Notes: generated by a model not told the origin, from the sequence alone. Positions 40,447 through 50,265 are shown, counted from the first letter of the stretch. The stretch: DNA of 64,000 bases from Candidatus Nanohaloarchaea archaeon (GCA_041640035.1 JBEQBC010000002.1:1-64000), one strand, 5' to 3'. A program made the numbers and translations.

Positions 40447-40851
40447 ATGGGAATTGAACTTTGGATGGTTTTTGAAGCGATCTCGAACAAGGAAGAGGCC
40501 GTAGAGGAATCTATGGACGATCATGTTGAAAGCCTCAAGGACGAAGACAATCTTGAAGTTACCGAGGCTAACTTTGACGAGGTCTCGGAGATGGATCAGC
40601 CTCATCCGGATATAGATCACGGTTATTCCCATGTTGTAGAGGTCAGAGTAGAGTGCGAGACATTTGAACGAGCTGTAAGAACTGTAGTTAATTATGGACC
40701 GACTTATGTGCAGGTTGAGGGACCTGACAGCTTTGAACTAGGTCTTAAGGACTCTCAGGACAGTCTTCAGTTCATGGCAAGCACCATGCAGAAGTATGCG
40801 GAGATGGGTGCTGGCGGAGTACTGGTCTCAAGATCTCAAGACGAGGAGTAA
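40447..40851 (+). CDS. Hypothetical cytoplasmic protein (archaeal-type alpha/beta)
   Basis: Acidic ORF; YSHVVEV...NYGPTYVQVEGP pattern; TATA-like TTATAA upstream. Confidence 0.7.
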   Translation: MGIELWMVFEAISNKEEAVEESMDDHVESLKDEDNLEVTEANFDEVSEMDQPHPDIDHGYSHVVEVRVECETFERAVRTVVNYGPTYVQVEGPDSFELGLKDSQDSLQFMASTMQKYAEMGAGGVLVSRSQDEE

Positions 40852-40896
40852 ATCGGAAAACATTATTTAACCATATAGAAGAAAATCTAAACTGTT

Positions 40897-41766
40897 ATGC
40901 GTCTCAAAATCATAGCAGTTGCATTCCTTCTAGTATTTGTTTCATCAGCCGCAGCTACCGATATAACAAGCGAATCAGTCACTATCGACCTGGAAGATAA
41001 CAGTGTAGTTCTTGAATCAGATATGCAGAGTATAAGCGGCTCCGAGTTCTCATATGTGACCAGCGTACCTGTAGAAAATGTCGAAGGAACACTGAACGGA
41101 GAACCTATCGAATGTAACGAGGAAGACTTCCAGATCGGATCCGAGATACAGTGTAACGCGCCTGTAAAAGAAGATATACTACTTAGACTTGAGTTCACCG
41201 CGTCAAACCTGGTGGAGGAGCGTAACGGCTTCAGACTTTTCGAATACACACACTCTGTCTACCGTCCAACAGAGACATACAACCTGACAGTTATACTCCC
41301 TGAAGATTCCGGAGTAGCTGAAAGCACAAACAGGTCTGAAGAAGCGGTTATTCCCGGCGCAGCATCTATAGAGGAGGTTGACGGCAGAACAGAGATTACG
41401 TGGAGTCAGAACCCGCGTGTAGGAGATGTGCTCTCATTCAGAGCAGTATACGAGACAGAAGAACAGGAGGAAAACACCGGACTGCCTCTATTACCAGTGG
41501 TTGCCGCAGTCTTGCTGGCACTAGTTATAGCTTATATCCTGACCCGTGGGGAACAGAAAGAAGTGATCGAGCTGGACGATGATGAACAGGAGGTTGTAGA
41601 TATAATTGAGGAGAATGATGGTGAGATGCTTCAGAAAGATGTAGTATCCGAATCCGAGTACTCCAAGGCGAAGATATCAGGGGTTGTAAGCTCGCTCGTC
41701 GATAAAGATGTAGTTTCCAAGGAAAAGGAAGGTCGTAGTAACAAGCTTGTTCTCAAGGACCGTTAA
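40897..41766 (+). CDS. Membrane-spanning protein with extracellular domain and C-terminal winged-HTH (putative one-component regulator)
   Basis: Signal peptide, one TM, then LDDDEQEVV...GEMLQKDVV...YSKAKISGVVSSL...KEKEGRSNKL. Confidence 0.8.
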   Translation: MRLKIIAVAFLLVFVSSAAATDITSESVTIDLEDNSVVLESDMQSISGSEFSYVTSVPVENVEGTLNGEPIECNEEDFQIGSEIQCNAPVKEDILLRLEFTASNLVEERNGFRLFEYTHSVYRPTETYNLTVILPEDSGVAESTNRSEEAVIPGAASIEEVDGRTEITWSQNPRVGDVLSFRAVYETEEQEENTGLPLLPVVAAVLLALVIAYILTRGEQKEVIELDDDEQEVVDIIEENDGEMLQKDVVSESEYSKAKISGVVSSLVDKDVVSKEKEGRSNKLVLKDR

Positions 41767-42093
41767 TTATCCTGTTGCAGCTCTTATTGGGAAGATAGTC
41801 AGTTCTCCGTCATTTATCCGTGTGCATGCGCACCTCAAATCGGTTTTGTTCTCCACTTCGTCACTCATGGAGGAGAGAGCCACCCATCCGGGTTCGTGGC
41901 ACATCACGGAGCTTGTGTTGTACTGGTTGGCCAGTTCCTGTTCAAGATTCTGGCAGTAATTTTGTTGGTCGCCTTGGTCCTCTGAGATTACCACCGTTGA
42001 AACGGCGTAGCCTGCTGCCAGACCTATCATAGACGCTAGAATAGCTACCAGAACTTTAGCTGCTTGGTTCTGAAAGATTTCGGGTATCTCCAT
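41767..42093 (-). CDS. Small TM-anchored protein with four Cys
   Basis: N-terminal TM; YC...MC...RCAC. Confidence 0.7.
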   Translation of the reverse strand: MEIPEIFQNQAAKVLVAILASMIGLAAGYAVSTVVISEDQGDQQNYCQNLEQELANQYNTSSVMCHEPGWVALSSMSDEVENKTDLRCACTRINDGELTIFPIRAATG

Positions 42094-42124
42094 AATTCCT
42101 TTATCGTTGTGTAATGCTTATTAT

Positions 42125-43213
42125 TTACTGGTTCCAGTTGTATCTGTTCTCGCCGATGAATGTGAGTATTGATGAAACGAAGATTGCTATGATGTTCGAT
42201 AGCAGGTAGTACATGTCGAAGTAATCGGTCAATAGGTACAGGATGCCTAGCTGTGCTACAATACCTACAGATCTGACAAGGTTGGATACTATCAAACCAT
42301 CTACTATCTGTCTTAGACCTTGCTTTACCGGTGAGAAAGTGAAATGGTTATTCAGGAAGAACATAGCTACGATTGCAGCCTCTATGGAAAGCGCGCCGCT
42401 CAGCATGTAATGTGTACCGGCTACATCGGTTAGAAGGTAGAGGAATACTGTGTTTATTATTGCTCCTGCTGCTCCTATGGTCGCGAACTTGCCGTACTTG
42501 TGTATCTGTTCGGCTCGGTCATCGAAGAATCTGTCCAGGCTCAGGAAGTAAATCTTGTTCATGAAGCTGAGGTATGTCCTGGCCGTTACTTCCGAGCCCT
42601 GTTTTGATCGCCATCTGACAGGTACTTCCTTGATCTTCATATCCTGTTTTCTGGCTTTGTAAAGAAGCTCTAAGTCCCATGGGAAGCCGCCGTCCTCCAG
42701 GGAAATCATCTCCTCTATTTTCTCTTTGTTGAATGCTTTGAAACCGCATTGATGGTCTCGGATTTCTGTTCCGAGTGCTTTGGATGTGAAAAGGTTGAAA
42801 GCCTTGCTTGGGATTTCTCTGTACTTCTTTCTTTTGGTATCGCTTTCTTCAAGATATCTTGAGCCTATTGCCAGGTCGAAGCCGTCTTCTACCGGTTCGA
42901 TAATTTTCTGGAGTTGGTCAGGGGTAGTTGCGTTATCTGCGTCCATGAAGACGACTTTGGAATACTTTGATTCTCTGATTCCTTCTTCTATCGCTCTCCC
43001 TTTTCCGTGTCGTTCATTCTTCTTCAGATGAACTATCTTGGAGTACTTTTCGGCTAGTTCTTCGGCTATATCCTCTGTTCTATCGCTGGAGGGATCTGTT
43101 ACAATTATTAGTTCTGAGTTCTCTCCGAGATACTCCAGTACCTCTTCCGCGGTATCCTGTAGAAATCTTTCCTCGTTCAGAGCCGGTATGATCACTGAGG
43201 TATCCGTTATCAT
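42125..43213 (-). CDS. GT2 dolichyl-phosphate glycosyltransferase fused to a GtrA-like domain
   Basis: SVIIPALNEE, GKGRA, FMDAD, GSRY, DHQCGFKAF; C-terminal KFATIGAAG...NNHFTF TM bundle. Confidence 0.88.
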   Translation of the reverse strand: MITDTSVIIPALNEERFLQDTAEEVLEYLGENSELIIVTDPSSDRTEDIAEELAEKYSKIVHLKKNERHGKGRAIEEGIRESKYSKVVFMDADNATTPDQLQKIIEPVEDGFDLAIGSRYLEESDTKRKKYREIPSKAFNLFTSKALGTEIRDHQCGFKAFNKEKIEEMISLEDGGFPWDLELLYKARKQDMKIKEVPVRWRSKQGSEVTARTYLSFMNKIYFLSLDRFFDDRAEQIHKYGKFATIGAAGAIINTVFLYLLTDVAGTHYMLSGALSIEAAIVAMFFLNNHFTFSPVKQGLRQIVDGLIVSNLVRSVGIVAQLGILYLLTDYFDMYYLLSNIIAIFVSSILTFIGENRYNWNQ

Positions 43214-43875
43214 TCTGTACTATTACCTGTATCTAGTTGGAGATACTCTGTGATATTACTTCTTGACTGAACTCCACGGACTGTTTCATTCTTGTTGATG
43301 ACCAGCGCAGGTGCTTCCTGGATATCGTACTGTTCCTCAAGCAGGTTGATCATGCTGTCGTCTATCCCTCTGTAGACTGAGAAAATCAGTACGTGATCAC
43401 CGTATATCCTCTTGATATCGGAAAGTGTCTGTCCTTGACGCTCACATGCATCACATTCCTCTTCCGTGAAGAACAGGATGGTGTTAGTATCATAGTTTTC
43501 ACATCCCGCTTCTATCTGTTCCGCGAACATCCAGTACTCTATACCTGAAAGAACATAGCTTCTGCGGATGTTGCGGAACTCAGATTCTTGGAAGAAGCTT
43601 CTGTCCTCATAGGACTGCACTCTTTCCAGCCTGTTGTTGTAACCCTCGATTATTTCTGTCAATCCTTGTTGACGCAGTTCACATGAATCTTTATCTTCAA
43701 GATACCTTAGAAGCAACTGTTTGCTCTGAAGATCTGTTGTATCCTCCTGCAGACTGTTCTGTAGTTCTGCCTGGCGCTTGTCATCTACCAGGTTGCTTCC
43801 AAGCACTCCAAGCATGAAGATAAGTGCTGTGAGTATAACTGCGAATAGGTAACGGTATTTCTTTATCTCGCTCAT
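43210..43875 (-). CDS. TM-anchored protein with a thioredoxin-like CxxC domain
   Basis: N-terminal TM, helical region, ILFF...CDACERQG, YDIQEAPALVIN. Confidence 0.75.
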   Translation of the reverse strand: MSEIKKYRYLFAVILTALIFMLGVLGSNLVDDKRQAELQNSLQEDTTDLQSKQLLLRYLEDKDSCELRQQGLTEIIEGYNNRLERVQSYEDRSFFQESEFRNIRRSYVLSGIEYWMFAEQIEAGCENYDTNTILFFTEEECDACERQGQTLSDIKRIYGDHVLIFSVYRGIDDSMINLLEEQYDIQEAPALVINKNETVRGVQSRSNITEYLQLDTGNSTE

Positions 43876-45242
43876 CTCTGATCAACCCTGTATATCGTGT
43901 AATTACACATTGAGGTATTGTCTTTGTAAATAGTTTCGTAACTTGATATATTCTCATTAAATCTTTCGATCTCTTCACCTGCTTCACCGGTCGTATCATA
44001 CCACGCGCAGCTGTTTACACCGTAGTAATCGATTCCTCCCTGATTGTAGATACCGGCTAAGTATCCTTGTGGAAGCGCCTGATAATCGAAGTCGCTGTAC
44101 TGTATCGGACCAGGATTGTTTGTAGCAATTGTGCCGTTCAATCCCTCGAACGCCTGGTAGAACTCTTTCGCATCATCATTCTGGTAGGATGCAGCGGTGT
44201 AGATAGGTACCGCGGATACCAGCATTATCACAATTGCTGCAGCCACAAAAACCTCCTTCCTTAGTTCGAACCGCTCTTCTATCTCCTTCAATCCGTAACC
44301 AGCGGTTATAGCCAAGAAAGGCAGGAAAGCTAAGGCATATCTTACCTCTTTGTGATGGTAGGCCTCAAAGAAGATGAAGAATACTGCTAGAGCTGAAATA
44401 TAAGGATAGAATTCCTCTTCCCGTCTCCTGATTATCCAGTAAACTCCTGGTAGAGCAAGTAGTACGAGCGGGTTAGTTGCAAGTCTTGTCAGGTAGTATG
44501 TACCAAATATAGATGTTGCGTCAGAGGGCGGGACCGAAAGCCCTGAGGTTATCGGTTCCAGAGGATTTCCAAGGTAGAGGTAGTTCATCCCGAAGTAAAT
44601 TCCTAGTAAAGCAGCTACTGGTCCTGCGTAGATAGTCAGTTTCTTGATCATCAGTTTCCAGTTGTTTCTGCTGTTGTAGGCTTCATAAAATCCTATCGCA
44701 GGCGAAATCAGGATTGTTGGGAATCGGGTTAAGAATGCAAGGCCGGAAAGGGTTCCAGAAACCAGTTTCTGATCTTTTTTGTATTTGTTTAGAGATAGTG
44801 TGATTAGTAATGCGGATAGAATTCCTGTCAGTAGTTCTGTAGTATTTGATATGAATACTGGCGATGCTAGGAGAACTGATGAACTGTATAAGGCAGTTCT
44901 GTAGTCGAATATCTGTTTTATCTGCTGGTATATCAGTGCTGAACCTGCTACTGTGAGCAGCATGTGGAGCAGTCTTGAGAACGGTACTAGCGGCAGTCCT
45001 GATTTCCATATGAGACCTGTTATGATTGGTATAAGCGGTGGTCTGAATACTTCCCATAGGCCTACGGTTCCGAAGCTGAATAAATGTTTACCCATAGCAA
45101 CATAGATGGCCGAGTCCCAGACCATCGGTTTATCCCAGACTGAGGAGTATATTGCGAGCTGGATCAGTGTAAAGACTGTGAAGAGTGCTACTGCTTCTCT
45201 CTGCTCATTTACTTTTTCTCTCAGCTGGTTTACCATTCCCAT
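43872..45242 (-). CDS. GT-C fold (ArnT/PMT-like) integral membrane glycosyltransferase
   Basis: WDSAIY after the first TM, RPPL, GLAFLTRF, KEVRYALAFLP; many TM helices. Confidence 0.82.
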   Translation of the reverse strand: MGMVNQLREKVNEQREAVALFTVFTLIQLAIYSSVWDKPMVWDSAIYVAMGKHLFSFGTVGLWEVFRPPLIPIITGLIWKSGLPLVPFSRLLHMLLTVAGSALIYQQIKQIFDYRTALYSSSVLLASPVFISNTTELLTGILSALLITLSLNKYKKDQKLVSGTLSGLAFLTRFPTILISPAIGFYEAYNSRNNWKLMIKKLTIYAGPVAALLGIYFGMNYLYLGNPLEPITSGLSVPPSDATSIFGTYYLTRLATNPLVLLALPGVYWIIRRREEEFYPYISALAVFFIFFEAYHHKEVRYALAFLPFLAITAGYGLKEIEERFELRKEVFVAAAIVIMLVSAVPIYTAASYQNDDAKEFYQAFEGLNGTIATNNPGPIQYSDFDYQALPQGYLAGIYNQGGIDYYGVNSCAWYDTTGEAGEEIERFNENISSYETIYKDNTSMCNYTIYRVDQR

Positions 45243-46498
45243 TCTACTTCACCTTTCGTCAAGTGATCTTTAATAGAGTCTGTATAGACTATCAGCCAGA
45301 TAGCTCCGACAAACAGGAAGTACCAGAAGATGTAGATCACGATAGGCAATACTCCCTGCTCAAACATGTTCTCATCCGTATGCTGAACCGTCATGTAGTA
45401 CAGTATCAAGGTAAGTGTCAGTAGTGAGAGAAGCAGGAAGACTGAAACCACATCTATACTGATTAAGGACCAGTAAACCGTCTCTATAATATCTGAGACC
45501 GTAAGCATTTCTATCGCACGGATGTAAGCCTCTACACCGATTCTTCTGACCTGGTTAAAGAGGTCAAATATCGGCTTGATCAGATAGTATGATAGTATGA
45601 ATAGTGCTGTTACGGATAGTACGGACTGGGCTATCTTGGTTGGTATACTGAATGTTCCGAAGTCTCCATACTCCCTGTTCAGTATCATATGTTTGTACTT
45701 GACTATGTTCTGCAGAGAGCCTTTGTACCACCGGTATCGCTGGTTGTAGAACTCTTTCACGGTTGCCGGTGCTACAGTGAATACTTCTCCTCTACGGGAG
45801 TGCGATATATTCCAGTCAGCGTTCTGAAGCTTGAAACATATCTCCTGATCCTCTACAAGAGAATTAGGGTCGAACCCTCCTTCCTTCCTGACTGGTTGGG
45901 TTCTGTAGATGCTGAGCGGGCCTGGTGTAACATGTATGGAGTCGATGAAAGCCATGATGTTTCTGAGGAAAATTCCCATAAGGTACTCTGCCCACTGAAG
46001 CTTCTGCAGCAGGTTCTGCGGCTGGTATACTTTCATCGCGGATGCGATTCCGCCTGCGTCTTCTTCAAGTTCTGAAACTATGTATTTGAGAGAATCATCC
46101 TTCAAACGGGAGTCTGCGTCAACGCAACCGAATAGTTCGGTTTCGACCTGTTCAAGTCCGGTGTTGAGTGCTGCGCCTTTACCCTGGTTTTCCTGGTTGA
46201 TCAGTGTGAGTTGATCTGTGTAGGGTTCTACTTTTTCAGCTGTGTTGTCTTCGCTTCCGTCGTTGACTACTATGAGTTCTAGTTTGTCGTCTGGGTATTC
46301 GGCGTCCAGAATTGATTCTATGGTCATCTGGATTGTTTCTTCTTCGTTGTAGGCCGGTATTATCAGTGTGAGTCCTGGCCATTCGTCTCGGAACTCTACC
46401 TCTTTTTTGATGCCGCCGTGCTCTAAGAGTACTATCAGCAGGAAGAATGATATGAAGAGGACTGCTGCATATAGAGCCCAGACGATTAGGGTTAGCAT
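45230..46498 (-). CDS. Processive GT2 polysaccharide synthase (PgaC/cellulose-synthase-like)
   Basis: IIPAYNEE, VNDGS, GKGAALN, VDADS, VED, QRYRW; flanking TM helices. Confidence 0.9.
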   Translation of the reverse strand: MLTLIVWALYAAVLFISFFLLIVLLEHGGIKKEVEFRDEWPGLTLIIPAYNEEETIQMTIESILDAEYPDDKLELIVVNDGSEDNTAEKVEPYTDQLTLINQENQGKGAALNTGLEQVETELFGCVDADSRLKDDSLKYIVSELEEDAGGIASAMKVYQPQNLLQKLQWAEYLMGIFLRNIMAFIDSIHVTPGPLSIYRTQPVRKEGGFDPNSLVEDQEICFKLQNADWNISHSRRGEVFTVAPATVKEFYNQRYRWYKGSLQNIVKYKHMILNREYGDFGTFSIPTKIAQSVLSVTALFILSYYLIKPIFDLFNQVRRIGVEAYIRAIEMLTVSDIIETVYWSLISIDVVSVFLLLSLLTLTLILYYMTVQHTDENMFEQGVLPIVIYIFWYFLFVGAIWLIVYTDSIKDHLTKGEVEWEW

Positions 46499-46533
46499 AG
46501 AAAAAGTATTGGAAGGAACAGCCTTTTTTGTTT

Positions 46534-47709
46534 TTATCTATTCTTCATTATCTCATCGAGGAAGACTGTCGCATAACTTCCTTTAGGCAGGTCAAAACGG
46601 ACAGTCATGGCGTTCTTCGTCATATTCAGATCGTCGTCACCTATATCCAGGATCTCGAAGTTCCTGAAATCAGCGAAGGCTCTCCTGTAGCTTCCCTCGC
46701 TCCGAAGCTCTGGGAAGTCTTGAAGCCTGAAATCTTCTTGTGAGATGCCTTCCTCCTCAATAATTTCTTGGATTATCTGTTCAGGCTTGTTGTCCTTCAG
46801 ATCTGTCTTGTAACCTACCAGCGGGATTTCATATTCTTCTTCGTACCAGTCTTCTTCGATGAGTCGGGATAGTGTGCGGTTGAATACCCATGACTGGTAT
46901 GCGTGGATGAATAGCATCTGTAGATCTTCCGGAAGTCTCTTGATAGCGCCTTTGTAGTCTTCCGGGTTCTTGTTCAGGTGGTAGAGAAGTGTTTTCTCGT
47001 ATCTGTAGGTTTCAGGGAATTTTTCGGCTTTGTCTTCCGGGTCACGGGTTTCCCAGAGTTCTTCCCTGACTTTTCGTATGCTTTTGTACTCATCGTCGTA
47101 TGGCTTTGCGATATAGGTCCATACTGCTTCCTCGAATTCTCCTCGTAGAATGTGGCGTCCAACTTGGTGTGTGATAGGTCGTGGGCTTCCGAATCTTTGT
47201 TCTCCGAAGTAGTTCGGGAACTTTGAGCCCAGTTGATCAACGGTTTTCAGGGTTCTATCCCTGATATCCTCGATCTGAAGGTTCAGATCCCTTAGCTTGA
47301 TCTCGAACCGGTTGGCCATCAGGTTGCCGAGCCCGATATACCCGTTCTTTCCGATTACCTCTAGATCGAATTCGTCCGTAAATATCTGGTTGATGTCCTC
47401 GGAGTCAACGCCTTGGATAGAAATATACTGTTCGGTTACTGCGCGTTTGTCTTTGTTACCTGCGTATCCAATCCGGTCTTTGGATATGTGTAGCATGTTG
47501 GAGAGCTTGTTCACAGCCTCCATGGTCGTCATATTCTGTTTTCTGAGTTTTACTATGAGATGTTCTCCTTCTTCGCCTGTATCATGTTTGGCGAGTTCTC
47601 TTACTACGAAATCGTTTACCTGTTCTTTTATACTGCCTTTTATACCTATATTATCGGTATAGTAGGTCCAGTCCATGTTCTTCATTTCAATAGATTCCAT
47701 TTCTTCCAT
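46534..47709 (-). CDS. truD: tRNA pseudouridine(13) synthase TruD
   Basis: DFVVRE, YAGNKDKRAVTEQ, NRFEI, PNYFGEQRFG, FDLPKGSYAT. Confidence 0.95.
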   Translation of the reverse strand: MEEMESIEMKNMDWTYYTDNIGIKGSIKEQVNDFVVRELAKHDTGEEGEHLIVKLRKQNMTTMEAVNKLSNMLHISKDRIGYAGNKDKRAVTEQYISIQGVDSEDINQIFTDEFDLEVIGKNGYIGLGNLMANRFEIKLRDLNLQIEDIRDRTLKTVDQLGSKFPNYFGEQRFGSPRPITHQVGRHILRGEFEEAVWTYIAKPYDDEYKSIRKVREELWETRDPEDKAEKFPETYRYEKTLLYHLNKNPEDYKGAIKRLPEDLQMLFIHAYQSWVFNRTLSRLIEEDWYEEEYEIPLVGYKTDLKDNKPEQIIQEIIEEEGISQEDFRLQDFPELRSEGSYRRAFADFRNFEILDIGDDDLNMTKNAMTVRFDLPKGSYATVFLDEIMKNR

Positions 47710-47736
47710 TATTGATTATACACCTCGTTAAGTCGT

Positions 47737-48084
47737 TTATTTTAGCAACGGTAAGTCACTCGTGATTTTATCGAGTTTTTTCTCTTCTGCAGGTCCGATA
47801 CCCAGTGCGGTTACTGTTCCAGGCTTTACTTCGGTATGTCCTGCGTCTTTCACCTTGAAATAGGTGATGTTCATTTCTTCGGCCTTCTGCATTTTATTTT
47901 TCAGTTCTTCTTCTGAGGCCTCCAGCACTATTTTCTTCTGTCCCTGATTCACCCATGAGTCTTGCTCATCAGAATCTGATTGCTGGTATGCTCCTAGTGA
48001 AGCGTGGCTTCCCTGTGCTACGAGTTTTCCTGTCGACATTTCTAGGTCCTTTCTCAGTAGGATTGCCTGTTTGAAACGCTTCAT
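47737..48084 (-). CDS. pth2: Peptidyl-tRNA hydrolase Pth2
   Basis: KQAILLRKDLEMSTGKLVAQGSHA, DAGHTEV..GTVTALGIGP. Confidence 0.93.
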   Translation of the reverse strand: MKRFKQAILLRKDLEMSTGKLVAQGSHASLGAYQQSDSDEQDSWVNQGQKKIVLEASEEELKNKMQKAEEMNITYFKVKDAGHTEVKPGTVTALGIGPAEEKKLDKITSDLPLLK

Positions 48085-48171
48085 ATATATCTTTGTGTCT
48101 CTACGGGTTTTAATCCCTTCCAACTATACAACCGGAAACCAATTTTAAGTACTTTTCGGTGACAACAGTAT

Positions 48172-48258
48172 TGTCCTGAAATGAACTGGCGATAAAGTTC
48201 TCACCTGAGTCCAGTTACCGGTCGAATACCTTGCTGAAAGGGAGCTCAAATCTGATAT
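48172..48258 (+). ncRNA. Possible structured small RNA (K-turn/C-D-like)
   Basis: TATA-like TTTTAAG at about 48143; AACTGG/CCAGTT stem; four CTGA tetramers. No canonical C box. Confidence 0.25.
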
Positions 48259-48262
48259 TAAG

Positions 48263-48336
48263 TGGGTTCGCCCAGATTCGAACTGGGGATCTTCGCCTTG
48301 TAAGGGCGACGTCATAACCAACTAGACCACGAACCC
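48263..48336 (-). tRNA. tRNA-Val(TAC)
   Basis: Reverse complement reads GGGTTCG...TCGCC-CTTACAA-GGCGA...CCCAG-TTCGAAT-CTGGG-CGAACCC-A. Confidence 0.95.
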
Positions 48337-48405
48337 CTCACTCGTCCGCCTGCGTAACAAATCTGTTGTATGTAAATTCTTAAAACAGGGACGGTACCCA
48401 CTGCT

Positions 48406-50265
48406 CTAGAGATGCTTACCCAGTATAGGGTCGTACACCTCTTCACCCTTCGAAAAGTAAGGGTACCTCACAAGCTTCACATCCGCATTACCTGTTTCTT
48501 CCAGGTCTTCAGGGCTGATATCTTTATCTATCAAGGCTTCCTCATCAACCTTCTTTTCAACCATCTTGTGATCTATAATGCTTTCATCCGCTTCATTATT
48601 CTCATCAACGAAATCTCTCTCCTTAAGTTCATCTATAATCGAGGCGATACGGGAGACCCCGATATCCATCTCATCAACAATCTCCTGCTTGGCTCTTCCG
48701 TCCTTCAGATGGTTGAAGACCAGTTCTTCCTTGCCTGATAGCTTCTCTCTTTCTGCCTTGACTTTGCCATTTACTCCATCAACAAGCTTGATTTCCTTGT
48801 CGGTTTCGACCCAGTAAATAGGATAGTAAGCCTCCTCATATTTCTCTCCCGTCTTGTTTCTGACATCCTGTATGTTCTCCTCCGGTTCAAAGACTTCTAT
48901 GTCTTCTTGAGGCGTGTATGTATCGTTTGTCTGTGTTTCTCCGCCGTGAAGTGATTTCCGGGTTCTTACATCTGTCATCACAGGATATTCATTTCCAAGC
49001 GTGAATGCGACGCCTGGCGGAAGCGAGGTTATCATGTCTTCGATCTCTGATGTGATGCCTTCGAAGCTTTTGGATATGGCTTTCAGGTCGTTGGGATTGG
49101 TCACTCTCAAGATGAACTGTGTATTGGCCTGACTGAGTACATTTTTGTCAATCCTTGCTGGTCTCTGACTTATTACTCCTATTCCTACACCGAATTTTCG
49201 TCCTTCGGATGCGATTTTCCGCATAATCGGGTTTGAAAGTGCCTGTCCGAATCCTTTCTCCGGCACATAGTTGTGTGCCTCTTCTAGTATCATTATGAAC
49301 GGCGGGATCTTGTTCTCCTTTCTCATGTTAAACAGCTTCTGTGCCAGCATGTATACAGTCATTTCAGATGCGTCTGGCTCCACAGCTTTAAGGTTGATGA
49401 CTGATGCCTCTCCAGGTTCAACTAAATCCTCTAGATCAATCGGATCCTGGCTGAAAAGGTTGGTTTCCTCCAGCTGTTCCAGATAATTAAGCAGGTTCCA
49501 TTTTGCGGTTGAATCTTCCTGTGTTACCGCATCTTCGATGTCTATCAGGCTGTAGTCTCCGTCATCTTTCTCTTTCAGTCTTTTGAGCGCGTTGTAAAGT
49601 ACCCCCATCTGTGAGTTGGTCAGAGAGTCCGGTATCAGTGTCTGAAGTTCTTTCTTATCCAGGTTAAGAGACGAGAACTTGAGAGGAATGGCTTCTGTGT
49701 TGATATCTGTGTTTGGAGAGTATTCGGTTACCGGGTAGCTTTCCGGATCGTCGCTGTCCGGGTTTTCCTTTCTGAGCGAGTGGTATTCCCCATGAGGGTC
49801 AACGATAAGTACGGGGAAGTCCTCTTCCAGTAGTTCCTCTATTATGACTCCGGTTAGGTAGCTTTTTCCGGCGCCTGTCTGCGCTAGGACTGCGAAGTGT
49901 TTGTAGAAGTCGTCTGCATTTACATGGATGTCGATCTCAGGATTGGTTTCCAGTGTCCCTATTCTTAGGCCGTCTTCATCCAGTCCAAGTGTGTCGGAGA
50001 TGAGTTCTTGGTCTGCTTGGTAGACGATACTGTCGGGTTCAATTACCTGTCTTGGTGCTTTGGTTAGTCCTTTTTCTCTGTATCCGATGATGTTAGCTTT
50101 AGCTATGGTTTCTCCGTCCGGGTGTTTGGTTACTTCATCGACCTGGCACAGTATCCAGTTATCATTGCTTTTTATCGATACAAAGTCGAATTTCTTTACC
50201 TCCTCAACTGCTCTAAATTCGAAATTAGAGGTGTTCACCTTTCCTTCTACTGTTCCTAGCTGCAT
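48406..50265 (-). CDS. HerA/FtsK-like ATPase with N-terminal HAS-barrel-like domain and C-terminal extension
   Basis: HFAVLAQTGAGKS, DPHGEY, LEEAH, EGRKFG, SQRP. Confidence 0.88.
   Translation of the reverse strand: MQLGTVEGKVNTSNFEFRAVEEVKKFDFVSIKSNDNWILCQVDEVTKHPDGETIAKANIIGYREKGLTKAPRQVIEPDSIVYQADQELISDTLGLDEDGLRIGTLETNPEIDIHVNADDFYKHFAVLAQTGAGKSYLTGVIIEELLEEDFPVLIVDPHGEYHSLRKENPDSDDPESYPVTEYSPNTDINTEAIPLKFSSLNLDKKELQTLIPDSLTNSQMGVLYNALKRLKEKDDGDYSLIDIEDAVTQEDSTAKWNLLNYLEQLEETNLFSQDPIDLEDLVEPGEASVINLKAVEPDASEMTVYMLAQKLFNMRKENKIPPFIMILEEAHNYVPEKGFGQALSNPIMRKIASEGRKFGVGIGVISQRPARIDKNVLSQANTQFILRVTNPNDLKAISKSFEGITSEIEDMITSLPPGVAFTLGNEYPVMTDVRTRKSLHGGETQTNDTYTPQEDIEVFEPEENIQDVRNKTGEKYEEAYYPIYWVETDKEIKLVDGVNGKVKAEREKLSGKEELVFNHLKDGRAKQEIVDEMDIGVSRIASIIDELKERDFVDENNEADESIIDHKMVEKKVDEEALIDKDISPEDLEETGNADVKLVRYPYFSKGEEVYDPILGKHL

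Noticed and set aside
48181-48246. Partial likeness to fluoride (GGCGAT...) or TPP (ACCTGA...AATACC...AGGGAGC) riboswitches
   Set aside because: Key pairings and conserved 5' elements are missing, and there is no same-strand gene downstream to regulate.
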